Shown here in pieces: positions 35,862 through 45,286 of a stretch of DNA of 64,000 bases. Every line of letters starts with the position of its first letter. Position 1 is the first letter of the stretch. A program made the position numbers and the translations under genes. This DNA comes from Terriglobales bacterium (GTDB lineage Bacteria; Acidobacteriota; Terriglobia; Terriglobales; Acidobacteriaceae), in the NCBI GenBank assembly GCA_035457425.1, contig DATIBR010000030.1, forward strand, positions 15,991 through 79,990. Reading direction: 5' to 3'. The notes below the pieces were generated by a model. The model ran no database searches. It was not told the origin of the DNA and worked only from the letters and a program-made list of their open reading frames with translations.

Positions 35862-37156
35862 CCCGACTCGTCCGTTCCCTGGCACTTCTGCTACTCATCG
35901 CTTCCCTGCCCGCGCTGGCGGACATCGTGCGAGTAAGAGTGGACGACACGATCCAGCCTATCTCGGAGGAGTACATCGCGCGCGGGATCGACGAAGCGGC
36001 GCGCGTGAAAGCCGACGCGCTGCTGATCGAGTTGCGCACACCGGGAGGGCTGGGTGAATCCATGCGCCGGATCGTGGAGAAGATGCTGGCCTCGCCGGTG
36101 CCGGTGATCGTCTACGTGACGCCGAGCGGGTCGCGCGCGGCGTCGGCAGGGTTCTTCATCCTGGTGGCGGCGGACGTGGCGGCGATGGCGCCGGGAACGA
36201 ACACGGGCGCGGCGCACCCGGTGGTGATGGGCATCAAGATCGACGAAGTGATGTCGAAGAAGCTGGAGAACGACGCGGCGGCATTCCTGCGGAGCTACGT
36301 CTCGAAGCGCGGCCGGAACGTGGAGGTCGCGGAGACGGCGGTGCGCGAGTCGAAATCGTGGACCGACCAGGAGGCGCTCGACCAGAAACTGATCGACATC
36401 GTGGCACCCACGACCGAGGAGTTGCTGAAGCGACTCGACGGGCGCGAGGTCACGCGCTTCGACGGCAAGAAGACCATGCTGCGGGTCGCAGGCAAGCGCA
36501 TCGTGGATTGGGACATGACGCTGCGGGAGCGGGTCCTGAGCGTGATCCTGGACCCGAACGTGGCGTTCGCGCTGTTCATCGTGGGGATGCTGCTGGTGTT
36601 CATCGAGATGAAGGCGCCCGGGACGATCGCGCCGGGCGCGGTGGGGGTGGCGTTGATCCTAACGTCGATCTTCGCGTTCCAACTGCTGCCGCTGCGCTAC
36701 GCGGGCGTAGGGCTGATCGTGCTCGGTGTCGCGCTGTTCATCCTGGAGGCGAAGTTCACCTCGCACGGGTTGCTGGGCGCGGGCGGCACGGTGGCGATGG
36801 TGCTGGGCGCGCTGCTGCTGGTGGACGCGCCCATCCCGGAGATGCGCATCAAGCTCGCGACCGCGCTGGCGGTGACGCTTCCCTTCGCGGTGATCTCGGT
36901 GCTGCTGGCGACGCTGGTCTTCCGCGCGCACCACAACAAAGTCACGACCGGGGAGCAGGGGCTGATCGGGGAGGTGGGAGTGGCGCGGACGCAACTGGCG
37001 CCCGCGGGCAAGGTGTTCGTGCACGGCGAGCTGTGGGACGCTTCCTCGCACGCTCCGGTCGCGACGGGCGAGTACGTGGTGGTGCGGCACGTGGACGGCC
37101 TGCGGCTGGAGGTGGAGCCGGTCGGAACGGCGCCGGAGCGCACCGGACGGAGTTGA
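35858..37156 (+). CDS. NfeD-family membrane-bound ClpP-class serine protease
   Basis: Signal peptide, ClpP-like domain (LIELRTPGGL, SRAASAGFFI), 4-5 helices, and a C-terminal NfeD OB domain (VFVHGELWDA). Confidence 0.9.
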   Translation: MTRLVRSLALLLLIASLPALADIVRVRVDDTIQPISEEYIARGIDEAARVKADALLIELRTPGGLGESMRRIVEKMLASPVPVIVYVTPSGSRAASAGFFILVAADVAAMAPGTNTGAAHPVVMGIKIDEVMSKKLENDAAAFLRSYVSKRGRNVEVAETAVRESKSWTDQEALDQKLIDIVAPTTEELLKRLDGREVTRFDGKKTMLRVAGKRIVDWDMTLRERVLSVILDPNVAFALFIVGMLLVFIEMKAPGTIAPGAVGVALILTSIFAFQLLPLRYAGVGLIVLGVALFILEAKFTSHGLLGAGGTVAMVLGALLLVDAPIPEMRIKLATALAVTLPFAVISVLLATLVFRAHHNKVTTGEQGLIGEVGVARTQLAPAGKVFVHGELWDASSHAPVATGEYVVVRHVDGLRLEVEPVGTAPERTGRS

Positions 37157-37258
37157 GGGCGGCGGATTTCCACAGGCGTTCGGCGGCTGCGTTGCGGAAG
37201 GGCTGATATACAATCGCGCCCCAGCACAGCCTTTCATCTCAGCGCCGGAGGTCCAGCT

Positions 37259-38023
37259 ATGGGAGTCCTACTGGTTGCGGGCGTCATCTTCGTCATCTGG
37301 CTTCTTTCCTGCGTCAACATCCTGGCCGAGTACGAGCGCGGCGTGATCTTCCGCCTGGGCCGCTTGCTCGACGAACCGAAGGGGCCGGGGCTCATCTTCG
37401 TGTTCAAGCCGGTGGACCGGATCGTGCGCGTGTCGCTGCGGCAAGAGGCGCTGGAAGTGCCGCCGCAGGACATCATCACGCACGACAACGTGACGCTGAA
37501 GGTGAATGCCGTCATCTTCATGCGCGTGGTGCAGCCGCGCCAGGCCGTGGTCGAAGTCTCGAACTACCTCTACCAGACGTCGCAGTTCGCGCAGACGACG
37601 CTGCGCTCGGTGCTGGGCGAGGTGGAGCTCGACGAGCTGCTGGCGCATCGCGACAAGCTGAATACGCGCATCCAGTCGATCCTGGACCAGCACACCGCGC
37701 CCTGGGGCGTGAAGGTGGTGAACGTCGAGGTGAAGCAGGTCGACCTGCCGGAGAGCATGCTGCGCGCGATGGCGAAGCAGGCGGAGGCGGAGCGCGAGAA
37801 GCGGTCGAAGATCATCCACGCGGAGGGCGAGTTCTCGGCGGCGCAGCGGCTCACGGACGCGGCGAACGTGCTCGCAACCAACTCGACCGCGCTGCAACTG
37901 CGCTACCTGCAGACGCTGACCGAGATCGGCGTAGAGAAGAACACCACCATCGTATTCCCCATCCCCATCGACATCATCTCGGGGCTGACGAAGGTGCTGG
38001 ACAAAGCGAACAGCAAAGGCTGA
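37259..38023 (+). CDS. SPFH/band 7 (stomatin-like) protein
   Basis: [44 protein letters not shown]. Confidence 0.95.
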   Translation: MGVLLVAGVIFVIWLLSCVNILAEYERGVIFRLGRLLDEPKGPGLIFVFKPVDRIVRVSLRQEALEVPPQDIITHDNVTLKVNAVIFMRVVQPRQAVVEVSNYLYQTSQFAQTTLRSVLGEVELDELLAHRDKLNTRIQSILDQHTAPWGVKVVNVEVKQVDLPESMLRAMAKQAEAEREKRSKIIHAEGEFSAAQRLTDAANVLATNSTALQLRYLQTLTEIGVEKNTTIVFPIPIDIISGLTKVLDKANSKG

Positions 38024-38038
38024 ACACGGGAGTGACCC

Positions 38039-38632
38039 ATGACGGAATGGAACGACGAGCCGGGTAGCCACGAAGAGCACGGGCACGACGAACTCGAGGC
38101 GCCACGCAACACGACCGGCAGCATGTTGTTCTACTTTTTCGCGGTCGTGATCCTGTGCGCGATCTCGCTGGGCGTGGGATACATGATGGGCAAGAGGTCG
38201 GCGCCGCCGAGCGTCGATGCCGCGCAGGTCTCACAACCCGCGCCGGTGAGCGGCGCACCCAAGCCGGGCGCGTCGCGCAGCGAGGAGGCCGCACCCGTCG
38301 AGACTACGACGCCGGAGACCGAAGCGGCGCCTTCCCCGAAACCGGCGGCCCCGAAGCCGGCGACGACCAAGGCGGCGGTGAAGACGCCGGAGATGGCCAC
38401 CAATCCCGCGAAGGGGTTCATGGTGCAGGTGGCAGCGGTCACGCGCTCGGAAGACGCCGACACGCTGGCGGGGGCGCTGCGGAAGAAGAAGTATCCGGTG
38501 TTCGTGGTGCCGCCCGCGGGCGCGGACAAGTTCTACCGGGTACAGGTGGGGCCGTTCGCGGAGCTGAAGGACGCGGATGCGATGAAATCGAAACTCGCAG
38601 GCGATGGATATAACGCCATCGTCAAGAAATGA
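38039..38632 (+). CDS. SPOR domain protein with a single membrane helix and Pro/Ala-rich linker
   Basis: C-terminal GFMVQVAAVTRSEDADTLAGALRKKKYPVFVVP...FYRVQVGPF. Confidence 0.85.
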   Translation: MTEWNDEPGSHEEHGHDELEAPRNTTGSMLFYFFAVVILCAISLGVGYMMGKRSAPPSVDAAQVSQPAPVSGAPKPGASRSEEAAPVETTTPETEAAPSPKPAAPKPATTKAAVKTPEMATNPAKGFMVQVAAVTRSEDADTLAGALRKKKYPVFVVPPAGADKFYRVQVGPFAELKDADAMKSKLAGDGYNAIVKK

Positions 38633-38653
38633 GCGCCGGCGAGTCGCCGGCGC
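38633..38653. terminator. GC hairpin between convergent genes
   Basis: GCGCCGGCGA-G-TCGCCGGCGC palindrome. No clear T tract. Confidence 0.4.
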
Positions 38654-38661
38654 CAGCCGAG

Positions 38662-39273
38662 CTACTCGTCGGTATCGAAGCGCTGCTCCTGGAACGGGTC
38701 ACCGTACATGTGATAGCCGTTGCGCTCCCAGAACCCGGGGACGTCATGGTCGAGGAACTCCAGGCCGCGGACCCACTTCACTGACTTCCATGCATAGAGA
38801 TGCGGCACGACGAGCCGCAGGGGATAGCCGTGTTCGGGCGTGAGGGGCTGGCCGTCGTGATGCGTCGCGAAGAGCACGTCTTCCCTGTCCAGGTCCGCCA
38901 GCGGGACGTTGGCGGTGAAGTCCTGCTCGGCGTGGACCAGCACGTGGGTGGCGGAGGGCCTGGGTCGCGCGATCTTCAGGAGCTCGCGGAAGGCGACGCC
39001 GGTCCAGCGGTTGTCGAAGCGGCTCCAGCGGGTGACGCAGTGGAAGTCGCGGGTGACGTCGAAGCGCGGGAGAGCGTTGAAGCCCTCCCAGGACATCTTG
39101 AAGGGGCGCTCGACCTGTCCCCAGACCTTGAAGTCCCATTGCGCGGGGTCGAAGCGCGGCACGGAGCCATAGTGCAGGACCGGCCACTTGATGGTGGCAG
39201 ACTGGCCGGGAGGCAAGCGGCCCTCCTGGCGCATGCGGACTTCCAGTTGCTTGCGTTCGTCGCCTTCGAACAT
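38662..39273 (-). CDS. Sulfite-oxidase-family molybdopterin-binding oxidoreductase (small, single-domain)
   Basis: FHCVTRWS (Mo-ligand Cys context), GYPLRLVVPHLYAWKSVKWV. Confidence 0.85.
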   Translation of the reverse strand: MFEGDERKQLEVRMRQEGRLPPGQSATIKWPVLHYGSVPRFDPAQWDFKVWGQVERPFKMSWEGFNALPRFDVTRDFHCVTRWSRFDNRWTGVAFRELLKIARPRPSATHVLVHAEQDFTANVPLADLDREDVLFATHHDGQPLTPEHGYPLRLVVPHLYAWKSVKWVRGLEFLDHDVPGFWERNGYHMYGDPFQEQRFDTDE

Positions 39274-39347
39274 GGCCTGATTCTAACCTCCGGAGAGCCG
39301 GGTTCCCTGCTGGGATGACCGGGCAAGAAAAAAGTGACATTTCAGTA

Positions 39348-39391
39348 TTGACAGGCATCGATATGCTGGCGTATAGATAGGTATCGATATG
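39348..39391 (+). promoter_or_regulatory. arsR promoter candidate with two ATCGATATG palindromic boxes
   Basis: TTGACA (39348-39353), an 18-nt spacer, then TATAGA. CATCGATATG at 39356-39365 and TATCGATATG at 39382-39391, the second overlapping the ATG. Confidence 0.35.
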
Positions 39392-39700
39392 GCGACTGCG
39401 ACCAAAGTCACGGAAGAGCGGCTCTCGGAGCTGCTGCACGCGATCAGCGACCCGGCGCGCCGGCGGATCCTGAAGGCACTGAAGCAGAAGGGGTGCTGCT
39501 CGATCGGGCGGCCGTCGGGGATGTGCGCGTGCGACATCGAGCAGAAGGTGGGGCTGTCGCAGCCGACCATCTCGCACCACATGGGGATCCTGCGCAAGGC
39601 GGGGCTGGTGTCGAGCGAGAAGGTCGGGCCGTGGATGTGGTACCAGCGGAATGAAAAGGCGCTGCAAGAGCTGGCGGAGGCGCTGGAAGAGGGCCTGTAG
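39389..39700 (+). CDS. arsR: ArsR/SmtB-family metalloregulator with a four-Cys cluster
   Basis: DPARRRILKAL and QPTISHHMGILRKAGLV helix-turn-helix. GCCSIGRPSGMCACD precedes the recognition helix. Confidence 0.85.
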   Translation: MATATKVTEERLSELLHAISDPARRRILKALKQKGCCSIGRPSGMCACDIEQKVGLSQPTISHHMGILRKAGLVSSEKVGPWMWYQRNEKALQELAEALEEGL

Positions 39701-39722
39701 GGTTCTTTTTTGCGGTTGTGAC

Positions 39723-39738
39723 ATTGATGGATATCAAT
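39723..39738. promoter_or_regulatory. Palindrome ATTGAT-GGAT-ATCAAT (Fnr-consensus-like) just upstream of the arsM RBS
   Basis: TTGAT-N4-ATCAA at 39724-39737, followed directly by the AAGGAG RBS. Confidence 0.35.
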
Positions 39739-39750
39739 AAGGAGCGTGTC

Positions 39751-40593
39751 ATGAGCAGGGTTGCGGAAAAGGATGTGCGAGCGGCAGTGCAGGAGAAGTA
39801 CGGGGCGATCGCGCGGGGAGAGCGCGGCGGTTGCTGTGGCGACGTAGCGAAGAACACACCGGCGATCGGCTATACGGCCGAGGACCTGGCCATCGCGGGC
39901 GAGGCGAACCTTGGCCTGGGGTGCGGCAATCCGCTGGCGCTGGCGGAGATCCGGCCCGGCATGACGGTGGTCGACCTGGGCAGCGGCGCGGGCTTCGACG
40001 CGTTCCTGGCGTGGCGGCGCGTGGGGCCTACGGGGCGGGTGATCGGCGTGGACATGACGGACGACATGCTGGCGCTGGCGCGGGAGAACGCCGCGCGCCT
40101 GGGCGCGACGAATGTCGAGTTTCGAAAGGGGTCGATCGAGAAGCTGCCGGTCGAGGACGGCAGCGTGGACCTGGTGATCAGCAACTGCGTGGTGAACCTG
40201 AGCCCCGACAAGCCGGCGGTGTTCCGCGAACTGGCGCGCGTCCTGAAGGCGGGCGGGCAGTTTGCGCTGAGCGACATCGTGCTGCTGAAGCCGCTGCCGA
40301 AGGAGGTCGCGGCGGACCTGGAAGCGTACGTGGGCTGCGTGGCGGGGGCGAGCCTGCTCTCGGATTACCTGGCGATGGCGCTGGCGGCGGGGTTGGGAGA
40401 GCTGTCGGTCCCGCAGATCACGCCGGGCAAACAGCTGACCGAGGCGCTGGCGCCGAGCGCGTCGAACGCGTTGAAAGACCTGCGCCAGGGATGCGGCTGC
40501 GAAACGTTCGACGCGGCGGTGGCGGGAATCGTCTCGGCGAAGATCCACGGGCGGAAGGCGGCGCCGAGCGGCACCGCTGCCTGCTGCGCGTAA
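39751..40593 (+). CDS. arsM: Arsenite S-adenosylmethionine methyltransferase
   Basis: GGCCGD Cys pair, VVDLGSGAGFD SAM motif, VISNCVVNLSPDK, YVGCVAGA. Start at MSRVAEK after AAGGAG. Confidence 0.9.
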   Translation: MSRVAEKDVRAAVQEKYGAIARGERGGCCGDVAKNTPAIGYTAEDLAIAGEANLGLGCGNPLALAEIRPGMTVVDLGSGAGFDAFLAWRRVGPTGRVIGVDMTDDMLALARENAARLGATNVEFRKGSIEKLPVEDGSVDLVISNCVVNLSPDKPAVFRELARVLKAGGQFALSDIVLLKPLPKEVAADLEAYVGCVAGASLLSDYLAMALAAGLGELSVPQITPGKQLTEALAPSASNALKDLRQGCGCETFDAAVAGIVSAKIHGRKAAPSGTAACCA

Positions 40594-40597
40594 GGAG

Positions 40598-41530
40598 CTA
40601 GCGCGAGACGGCGGCGAAGAGGTCGGAGTTCAGGAGCGACTGGAAGCGCTTGTCGTCGGCCTTGAAGTGGAGCTTAAGCTTGTCGCTGTCGGATTCCACC
40701 TTGGTGGACTCGAGCGCCATCTTCTCTGCCCCGCTGGCGGAGGTCTTCTGGCGCCACCACATGCCGGCCTGCACGACCGAGGAGAGCGTGGTGGCGGTCA
40801 TGGAGTCGGCGGTGAGGACGGTGAGGTCGAAGTCCACGCCGCGGTCGAAGTCGGCGGTGTAGTAGGAGCCGTGGATGCGCTTCCTGATGGTCTCGTAGTC
40901 GCCGAGCTTGGAGGCGTCGCCGAGGGCCTGGCGCATCATGTGCTGCGTGCCGGCGGTGTCGAGCACCGACCAGACGGTGCCGGAGTCGACGTTGGCGACC
41001 AGGTTAGTGACCTGGGTATTGGTGCTGAGACCGGGCTGTTCGCCGTCGCGGGTGTCGAGGGCGATGCGCAGCGCGGAGTCGTCGCCGAACAGCAGGGTGT
41101 TGTCGTCGAGGAAGGTCATCTGCATGCCGCTGACCATCGGGTAGACGACCGAGCCGCGGTACCTTTCGCCCTTCACCTTCTTGGCCCGCAGCTTCTTCAG
41201 GACCTTGGCGCGCGAGAAGTTCCCTTGCGCGACGCCGACGACGCGCAGGCCCTGCTTGCCGGAGGCGAAGGCGGCAAAGGTGAGGGTCTCGACGTCGGAC
41301 TCGGGATCAATGTTGACGCCCTTCAACGCCTGCTCGAACTGCTTGAGCGGCTCGGGCAGGACGCGCTGCTTCAACGCCAGGGCGCTGGGCGCGTTGTTCA
41401 TCTTGCGGTAGTCAACATTGATGATCTGCTGCGTGCTGGCGGGAATGACGGTGGAGGCGGCGGTGCCGAGCGTCGCGGCCTGGGCCGAGGCAGCAAGAGC
41501 CAGGAGACAGAAGGCGAGACTGCGTTTCAT
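40598..41530 (-). CDS. Secreted hypothetical protein (about 310 aa)
   Basis: Signal peptide MKRSLAFCLLALAASAQA. Natural composition. No family recognised. Confidence 0.6.
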   Translation of the reverse strand: MKRSLAFCLLALAASAQAATLGTAASTVIPASTQQIINVDYRKMNNAPSALALKQRVLPEPLKQFEQALKGVNIDPESDVETLTFAAFASGKQGLRVVGVAQGNFSRAKVLKKLRAKKVKGERYRGSVVYPMVSGMQMTFLDDNTLLFGDDSALRIALDTRDGEQPGLSTNTQVTNLVANVDSGTVWSVLDTAGTQHMMRQALGDASKLGDYETIRKRIHGSYYTADFDRGVDFDLTVLTADSMTATTLSSVVQAGMWWRQKTSASGAEKMALESTKVESDSDKLKLHFKADDKRFQSLLNSDLFAAVSR

Positions 41531-41608
41531 GGAACCTCGATGAGTGCGGTTATGCAATCAGATGAAGCAGCGGGAACTTTGGTTGTTGAAGCCCTATTGT
41601 AGCGGGGT

Positions 41609-43081
41609 TCAGGGCTTGAGGGCGGCGGTCTTGCGGCGGATGTCGGCGACGAAGGCGGGGTCTTCGAGGCCGTCGAGGTTGATCTCGACGTTGGCGAGGG
41701 CGCCGTCGATGGCGGCGCGGCCGAGCGAGGCGGCGACGGTGAGGTCGGAGGCCATCTTCGGATTGGTGATGGGCTTGAGGCGGTCGACCATGGCGAGAAG
41801 CTCGGCAGCCTGCTGGGCGACGGAGAGCGGGACGCTGGTGGCGCCCTTGAGCGCGGCGGTGATGCCGGACGAGCCGTTGGGCGAGTCCTTGGCGGCCTTG
41901 AAGGCCTGCATGACGACGTTGTAGGACTCGGCGTCGGCGTCGATGGCAGCCTTGAAGTCCTCGCGCAGCGTGGCGAGGCGGGCGATGGCCTCGCCCAGCT
42001 CCTTGTCGAATCGCAGGTAGGCCTTCTTGCCGCGCGACATCGCGGCGACCATGTGCGCGAGTCCGGCAGCCATGGCGCCGGCGGCTGCGGCGGCGCTGCC
42101 GCCACCCGGGGTCGCGGTCGGCGCGGCGAGCTGCTCGACGAAGGGCTCGACGCCGGCGCGGAGTCCGCCGACGGCCGCCTTGCCCCCCATGATGGCGGAG
42201 AGGCGATTCTCGAGGATGAGCGAGGAGTCGAAGTTCTCGACCTGGAGGAACCACTCGGCGGCGTCTTCAAGCGCCTTCTTGGGGATGAGGCCGACGATCT
42301 CGCTGGAGAGCGGCTGGACGCCGTAGCGGGCGGCTTCGCGCTTCACGTACTCGAAGACGCGCGCGATGGGCGTCTGCTCGAAGTCGGTGAGGTTCATGGA
42401 GACCTGCGCCAGGCCGCGCACGCTGAAGCCGGCGCCCTTGACGAAGCGCAGGCCGCCGGAGGAGAAGCGCACGGCCTTGGCGACCTTCTTGGCGATGTCG
42501 ACGTCGGGCGTGTTGAGGAAGACGTTGTAGGCGATGAGGAACTTGCGCGCGCCGACGACGACGGCGCCGGCGGTGGGATGCACGCGCGGTTCGCCCACGT
42601 CGGGCTTGCGCTCGGGCTTGGTGGCGATCTCGTCGCGAATGGCCTCGAACTGGCCGCGGCGGATGTTCTCGAGGCCGACGCGTTCGGGGCGTGTGGCGGC
42701 GGCTTCATAGAAGTAGACCGGGATCTGGTAGCGTTTCCAGATCTCTTCGCCGACCTTGCGGGCGATGGTGACGCAGTCGTCGAGGGTCACGCCCTCGATG
42801 GGGATGAAGGGGACGACGTCGGCGGCGCCGAGGCGCGGGTGCGCGCCCTGGTGCTTGGTGAGGTCGATGAGCTCGGCGGCCTTCCCTACCCCGCGAATGG
42901 CGGCTTCGGCGATGGCTTCGCGGTCGCCGACCAGCGTGATGACGCAGCGATTGTGGTCGGCGTCCATCTCGCGGTCGAGCAGCCAGACGCCCGGGACCTT
43001 CATGGCGTCGACGATGGCCTGGACCCTGGCGGGGTCGCGGCCTTCCGAAAAGTTAGGGACGCACTCGACGAGAGTCGACAT
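41609..43081 (-). CDS. Glutamate formimidoyltransferase fused to formiminotetrahydrofolate cyclodeaminase
   Basis: N-terminal LVECVPNFSEGRD and HNRCVITLVG. C-terminal cyclodeaminase segment PTATPGGGSAAAAAGAMAAGL. Confidence 0.9.
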   Translation of the reverse strand: MSTLVECVPNFSEGRDPARVQAIVDAMKVPGVWLLDREMDADHNRCVITLVGDREAIAEAAIRGVGKAAELIDLTKHQGAHPRLGAADVVPFIPIEGVTLDDCVTIARKVGEEIWKRYQIPVYFYEAAATRPERVGLENIRRGQFEAIRDEIATKPERKPDVGEPRVHPTAGAVVVGARKFLIAYNVFLNTPDVDIAKKVAKAVRFSSGGLRFVKGAGFSVRGLAQVSMNLTDFEQTPIARVFEYVKREAARYGVQPLSSEIVGLIPKKALEDAAEWFLQVENFDSSLILENRLSAIMGGKAAVGGLRAGVEPFVEQLAAPTATPGGGSAAAAAGAMAAGLAHMVAAMSRGKKAYLRFDKELGEAIARLATLREDFKAAIDADAESYNVVMQAFKAAKDSPNGSSGITAALKGATSVPLSVAQQAAELLAMVDRLKPITNPKMASDLTVAASLGRAAIDGALANVEINLDGLEDPAFVADIRRKTAALKP

Positions 43082-43155
43082 GGCTGGAGGAGACAAGGAT
43101 ATCAGCCCAGTACCGAGTACCGGGTGGTGAGTACCGAGTCGGTCAATCGCCAGGG

Positions 43156-43746
43156 CTACTTGAACCAGTTGTAGCCAACGGTGAACTGCAGGGTGTTCAT
43201 GCCGGGGTTGAGGTTCCCCAAACCGGCCGAGGAAATGTGCTGGTACTTGAACTCGCCCGTCCAAGCGCGCTTCTCGCGGTGGAAGAAATGGAAGCCGATG
43301 CCCACGCTGGACTGGAAGTTGACCTCGGAGGTGTTGGGGAACGGCAAGTCGTGGTTGGTGAAGAGCACGCCGGAACCGAACTGGATGTAGGGCGCGATGC
43401 GCTTGCCGCTGGTGAAGGTCCACTTTCCGTTCAACGGGGTGATGCTGGCGCCGTAGGTGGTCTCGATGGGGGTGAAGTAGAGGTTGACGGGGTGGAAGTC
43501 GAAGGCCCACTCGAGGTTGCCGCGGTACCAGCCCGAGCCGTGCTCGTTGGTCAAGATCCTGCCGGCGCGCAGGCCGACGCTGAAGATCTGGATGTCTTCC
43601 ACGCCGCCGGAGACGGTGGTGCCGCCGGTGGCGGAGACGCCGAAGTCCCAAGTCCCCTTTTTGAGCGAGTCGGAGGGCAGGCCTTGAGCGGTGGCGAAGG
43701 CGCAGACGCAGAGCAGCACGAGCAGACTGGCGATGTGGCGCATCAT
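43156..43746 (-). CDS. Outer-membrane beta-barrel protein, acyloxyacyl hydrolase/PagL-like
   Basis: Signal peptide MMRHIASLLVLLCVCAFATAQ. Alternating beta-strand pattern, C-terminal aromatic residues (YNWFK), HISSAG motif. Confidence 0.65.
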   Translation of the reverse strand: MMRHIASLLVLLCVCAFATAQGLPSDSLKKGTWDFGVSATGGTTVSGGVEDIQIFSVGLRAGRILTNEHGSGWYRGNLEWAFDFHPVNLYFTPIETTYGASITPLNGKWTFTSGKRIAPYIQFGSGVLFTNHDLPFPNTSEVNFQSSVGIGFHFFHREKRAWTGEFKYQHISSAGLGNLNPGMNTLQFTVGYNWFK

Positions 43747-43821
43747 TTTCCCCTGGGAGAAGGTCGGGAAAAAGGTAACAGGCGAGAGCGGAATCAGGCG
43801 AGAGAAAAACTGCGGCGGTAT

Positions 43822-43854
43822 CCAAAAGCGAACGGCCGGCGGGCCGCCGGCCGT
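43822..43854 (-). terminator. Intrinsic terminator downstream of yebC
   Basis: ACGGCCGGCGG-C-CCGCCGGCCGT palindrome followed by TCGCTTTTGG on the minus strand. Confidence 0.55.
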
Positions 43855-43871
43855 CACCCTTGCAAACGGGA

Positions 43872-44618
43872 CTAGGACGCGACTTCTTCGAGGGCCTTGG
43901 TGTCCATGTCGAAGTTCGACCAAACGTGCTGGACGTCGTCGTGCTCTTCGAGCGCCTCGAGCAGGCGGATCATGGTCTTGGCGGCCTGGCTCTCGAGCTT
44001 CACGTAATTCTGCGGCAACATGCCGACCTCGGCGTGCTCGGGCTTGATGCCGGCCTTCGCGAGGGCTTCCTTGACGGTCTCGAAGGCATTGGGGTCGGTG
44101 ATGAGCTCCCAGCTCTCTCCGTCGTCGCGCAGGTCTTCGCCGCCGGCTTCGAGGACGAGCTCGGTGAGCTTGTCTTCGCTGCCTGCGGACTTAGGAACGA
44201 CGATGGAGCCCTTCTTGTGGAACATCCAGGCGACCGAGCCGGCCTCGCCCATGTTGCCGCCGTTCTTGCTGAAGGCATTGCGGATCTCGCTGACGGTGCG
44301 GTTGCGGTTGTCGGTGGAAACCTCGACCAGCAGGGCGACGCCGCCCGGCCCGTATCCCTCGAACGTCACCTCTTCGTAGGTGACGCCGGGCAGCTCGCCG
44401 GTGCCGCGCTGGATGGCGCGCTTGATGTTGTCGGCGGGCATGTTCTCGGCCTTGGCGGCCGCGACGGCGGTGCGCAGGCGGGGGTTCTTCTCGGGATCAC
44501 CGCCGCCCTTGGCGGCCATGGTGATCTCCTTGATCAAGCGGGTGAAGATCTTGCCGCGCTTGGCGTCGAGCGCGCCCTTCTTATGCTTGATGGTGGCCCA
44601 TTTTGAGTGGCCAGACAT
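43872..44618 (-). CDS. yebC: YebC/PmpR-family DNA-binding regulatory protein
   Basis: [32 protein letters not shown]. Confidence 0.95.
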   Translation of the reverse strand: MSGHSKWATIKHKKGALDAKRGKIFTRLIKEITMAAKGGGDPEKNPRLRTAVAAAKAENMPADNIKRAIQRGTGELPGVTYEEVTFEGYGPGGVALLVEVSTDNRNRTVSEIRNAFSKNGGNMGEAGSVAWMFHKKGSIVVPKSAGSEDKLTELVLEAGGEDLRDDGESWELITDPNAFETVKEALAKAGIKPEHAEVGMLPQNYVKLESQAAKTMIRLLEALEEHDDVQHVWSNFDMDTKALEEVAS

Positions 44619-44688
44619 GACGACCTCAGCTTCTGAAAGATTTCCGGCGGCAGATATGGGCCGCAACTGGATGAGAACCAATCAAAAA

Positions 44689-45216
44689 TTATAGCAGAGG
44701 CCTTCTCTGTTCCGAATCGCCGATTGCCGATCGCCGATCGCCGATTTGAGCCACGGCGGTGCTCTTCTTGGCGCGGAAGGCATAGATCACCGCCAGCACC
44801 GGCGGCGCCAGCAGCACGCCCCAGAACGGCAACACGACAGCGCAGACGATGGGGACGACGATCGATGCCCAGACGGGCACGCGGGCGGTCCGCTTCATGA
44901 AGTAGGGCTGGAGCACCAGGCCATCGACCACGGCGATGACCGCGTAGAGGATGAGCAGGTAAAGCAGCGGCATCAGGTTCTCGGGGTCCTTGAAGAACAG
45001 GAACAGCGCCGGTCCGATGAGGGCAAGGATGGCGCCGATGCCGGGGATGAACTGGAATGCAGCGCCGAGGAAGGCCCAGAAGGGCGCCCACGGCACCCCG
45101 ATGATGAGCAGGCCGACCAGCCAGATGGCGCCGACGGCAAGCGCGTCCTGCGTGGTGGCAATGAACCACTGTTTGATCGCGGAGCCAGCGGTCTTGAAGT
45201 GAGGATGGACTTCCAT
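44689..45216 (-). pseudogene. AI-2E (PerM/YhhT) family transporter, C-terminal half only
   Basis: Only about 175 aa, covering the last 4 helices (FQFIPGIGAILALIGP, VDGLVLQPYFM). Only 70 nt separate it from divergent purQ, so no room remains for the N-terminal half. Confidence 0.5.
44716..44743. repeat. Heptanucleotide tandem repeat (ATCGCCG x4, one mismatch) inside the 3' end of the AI-2E fragment
   Basis: ATCGCCG ATTGCCG ATCGCCG ATCGCCG. Confidence 0.7.
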
Positions 45217-45286
45217 CAGAGATGAGATGCGCTTGCAAGGCCATGCTACTCTTGAATGTGGACTCCTCCACACGCAGGCGGACGCG

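Noticed and set aside
41527-42270. 247-aa Pro/Ser/Thr-rich ORF that looks like a repetitive surface protein.
   Set aside because: It is an alternative frame of the formimidoyltransferase-cyclodeaminase gene on the same strand. Its low-complexity composition follows from the GC-rich frame, and the FTCD frame carries real motifs.
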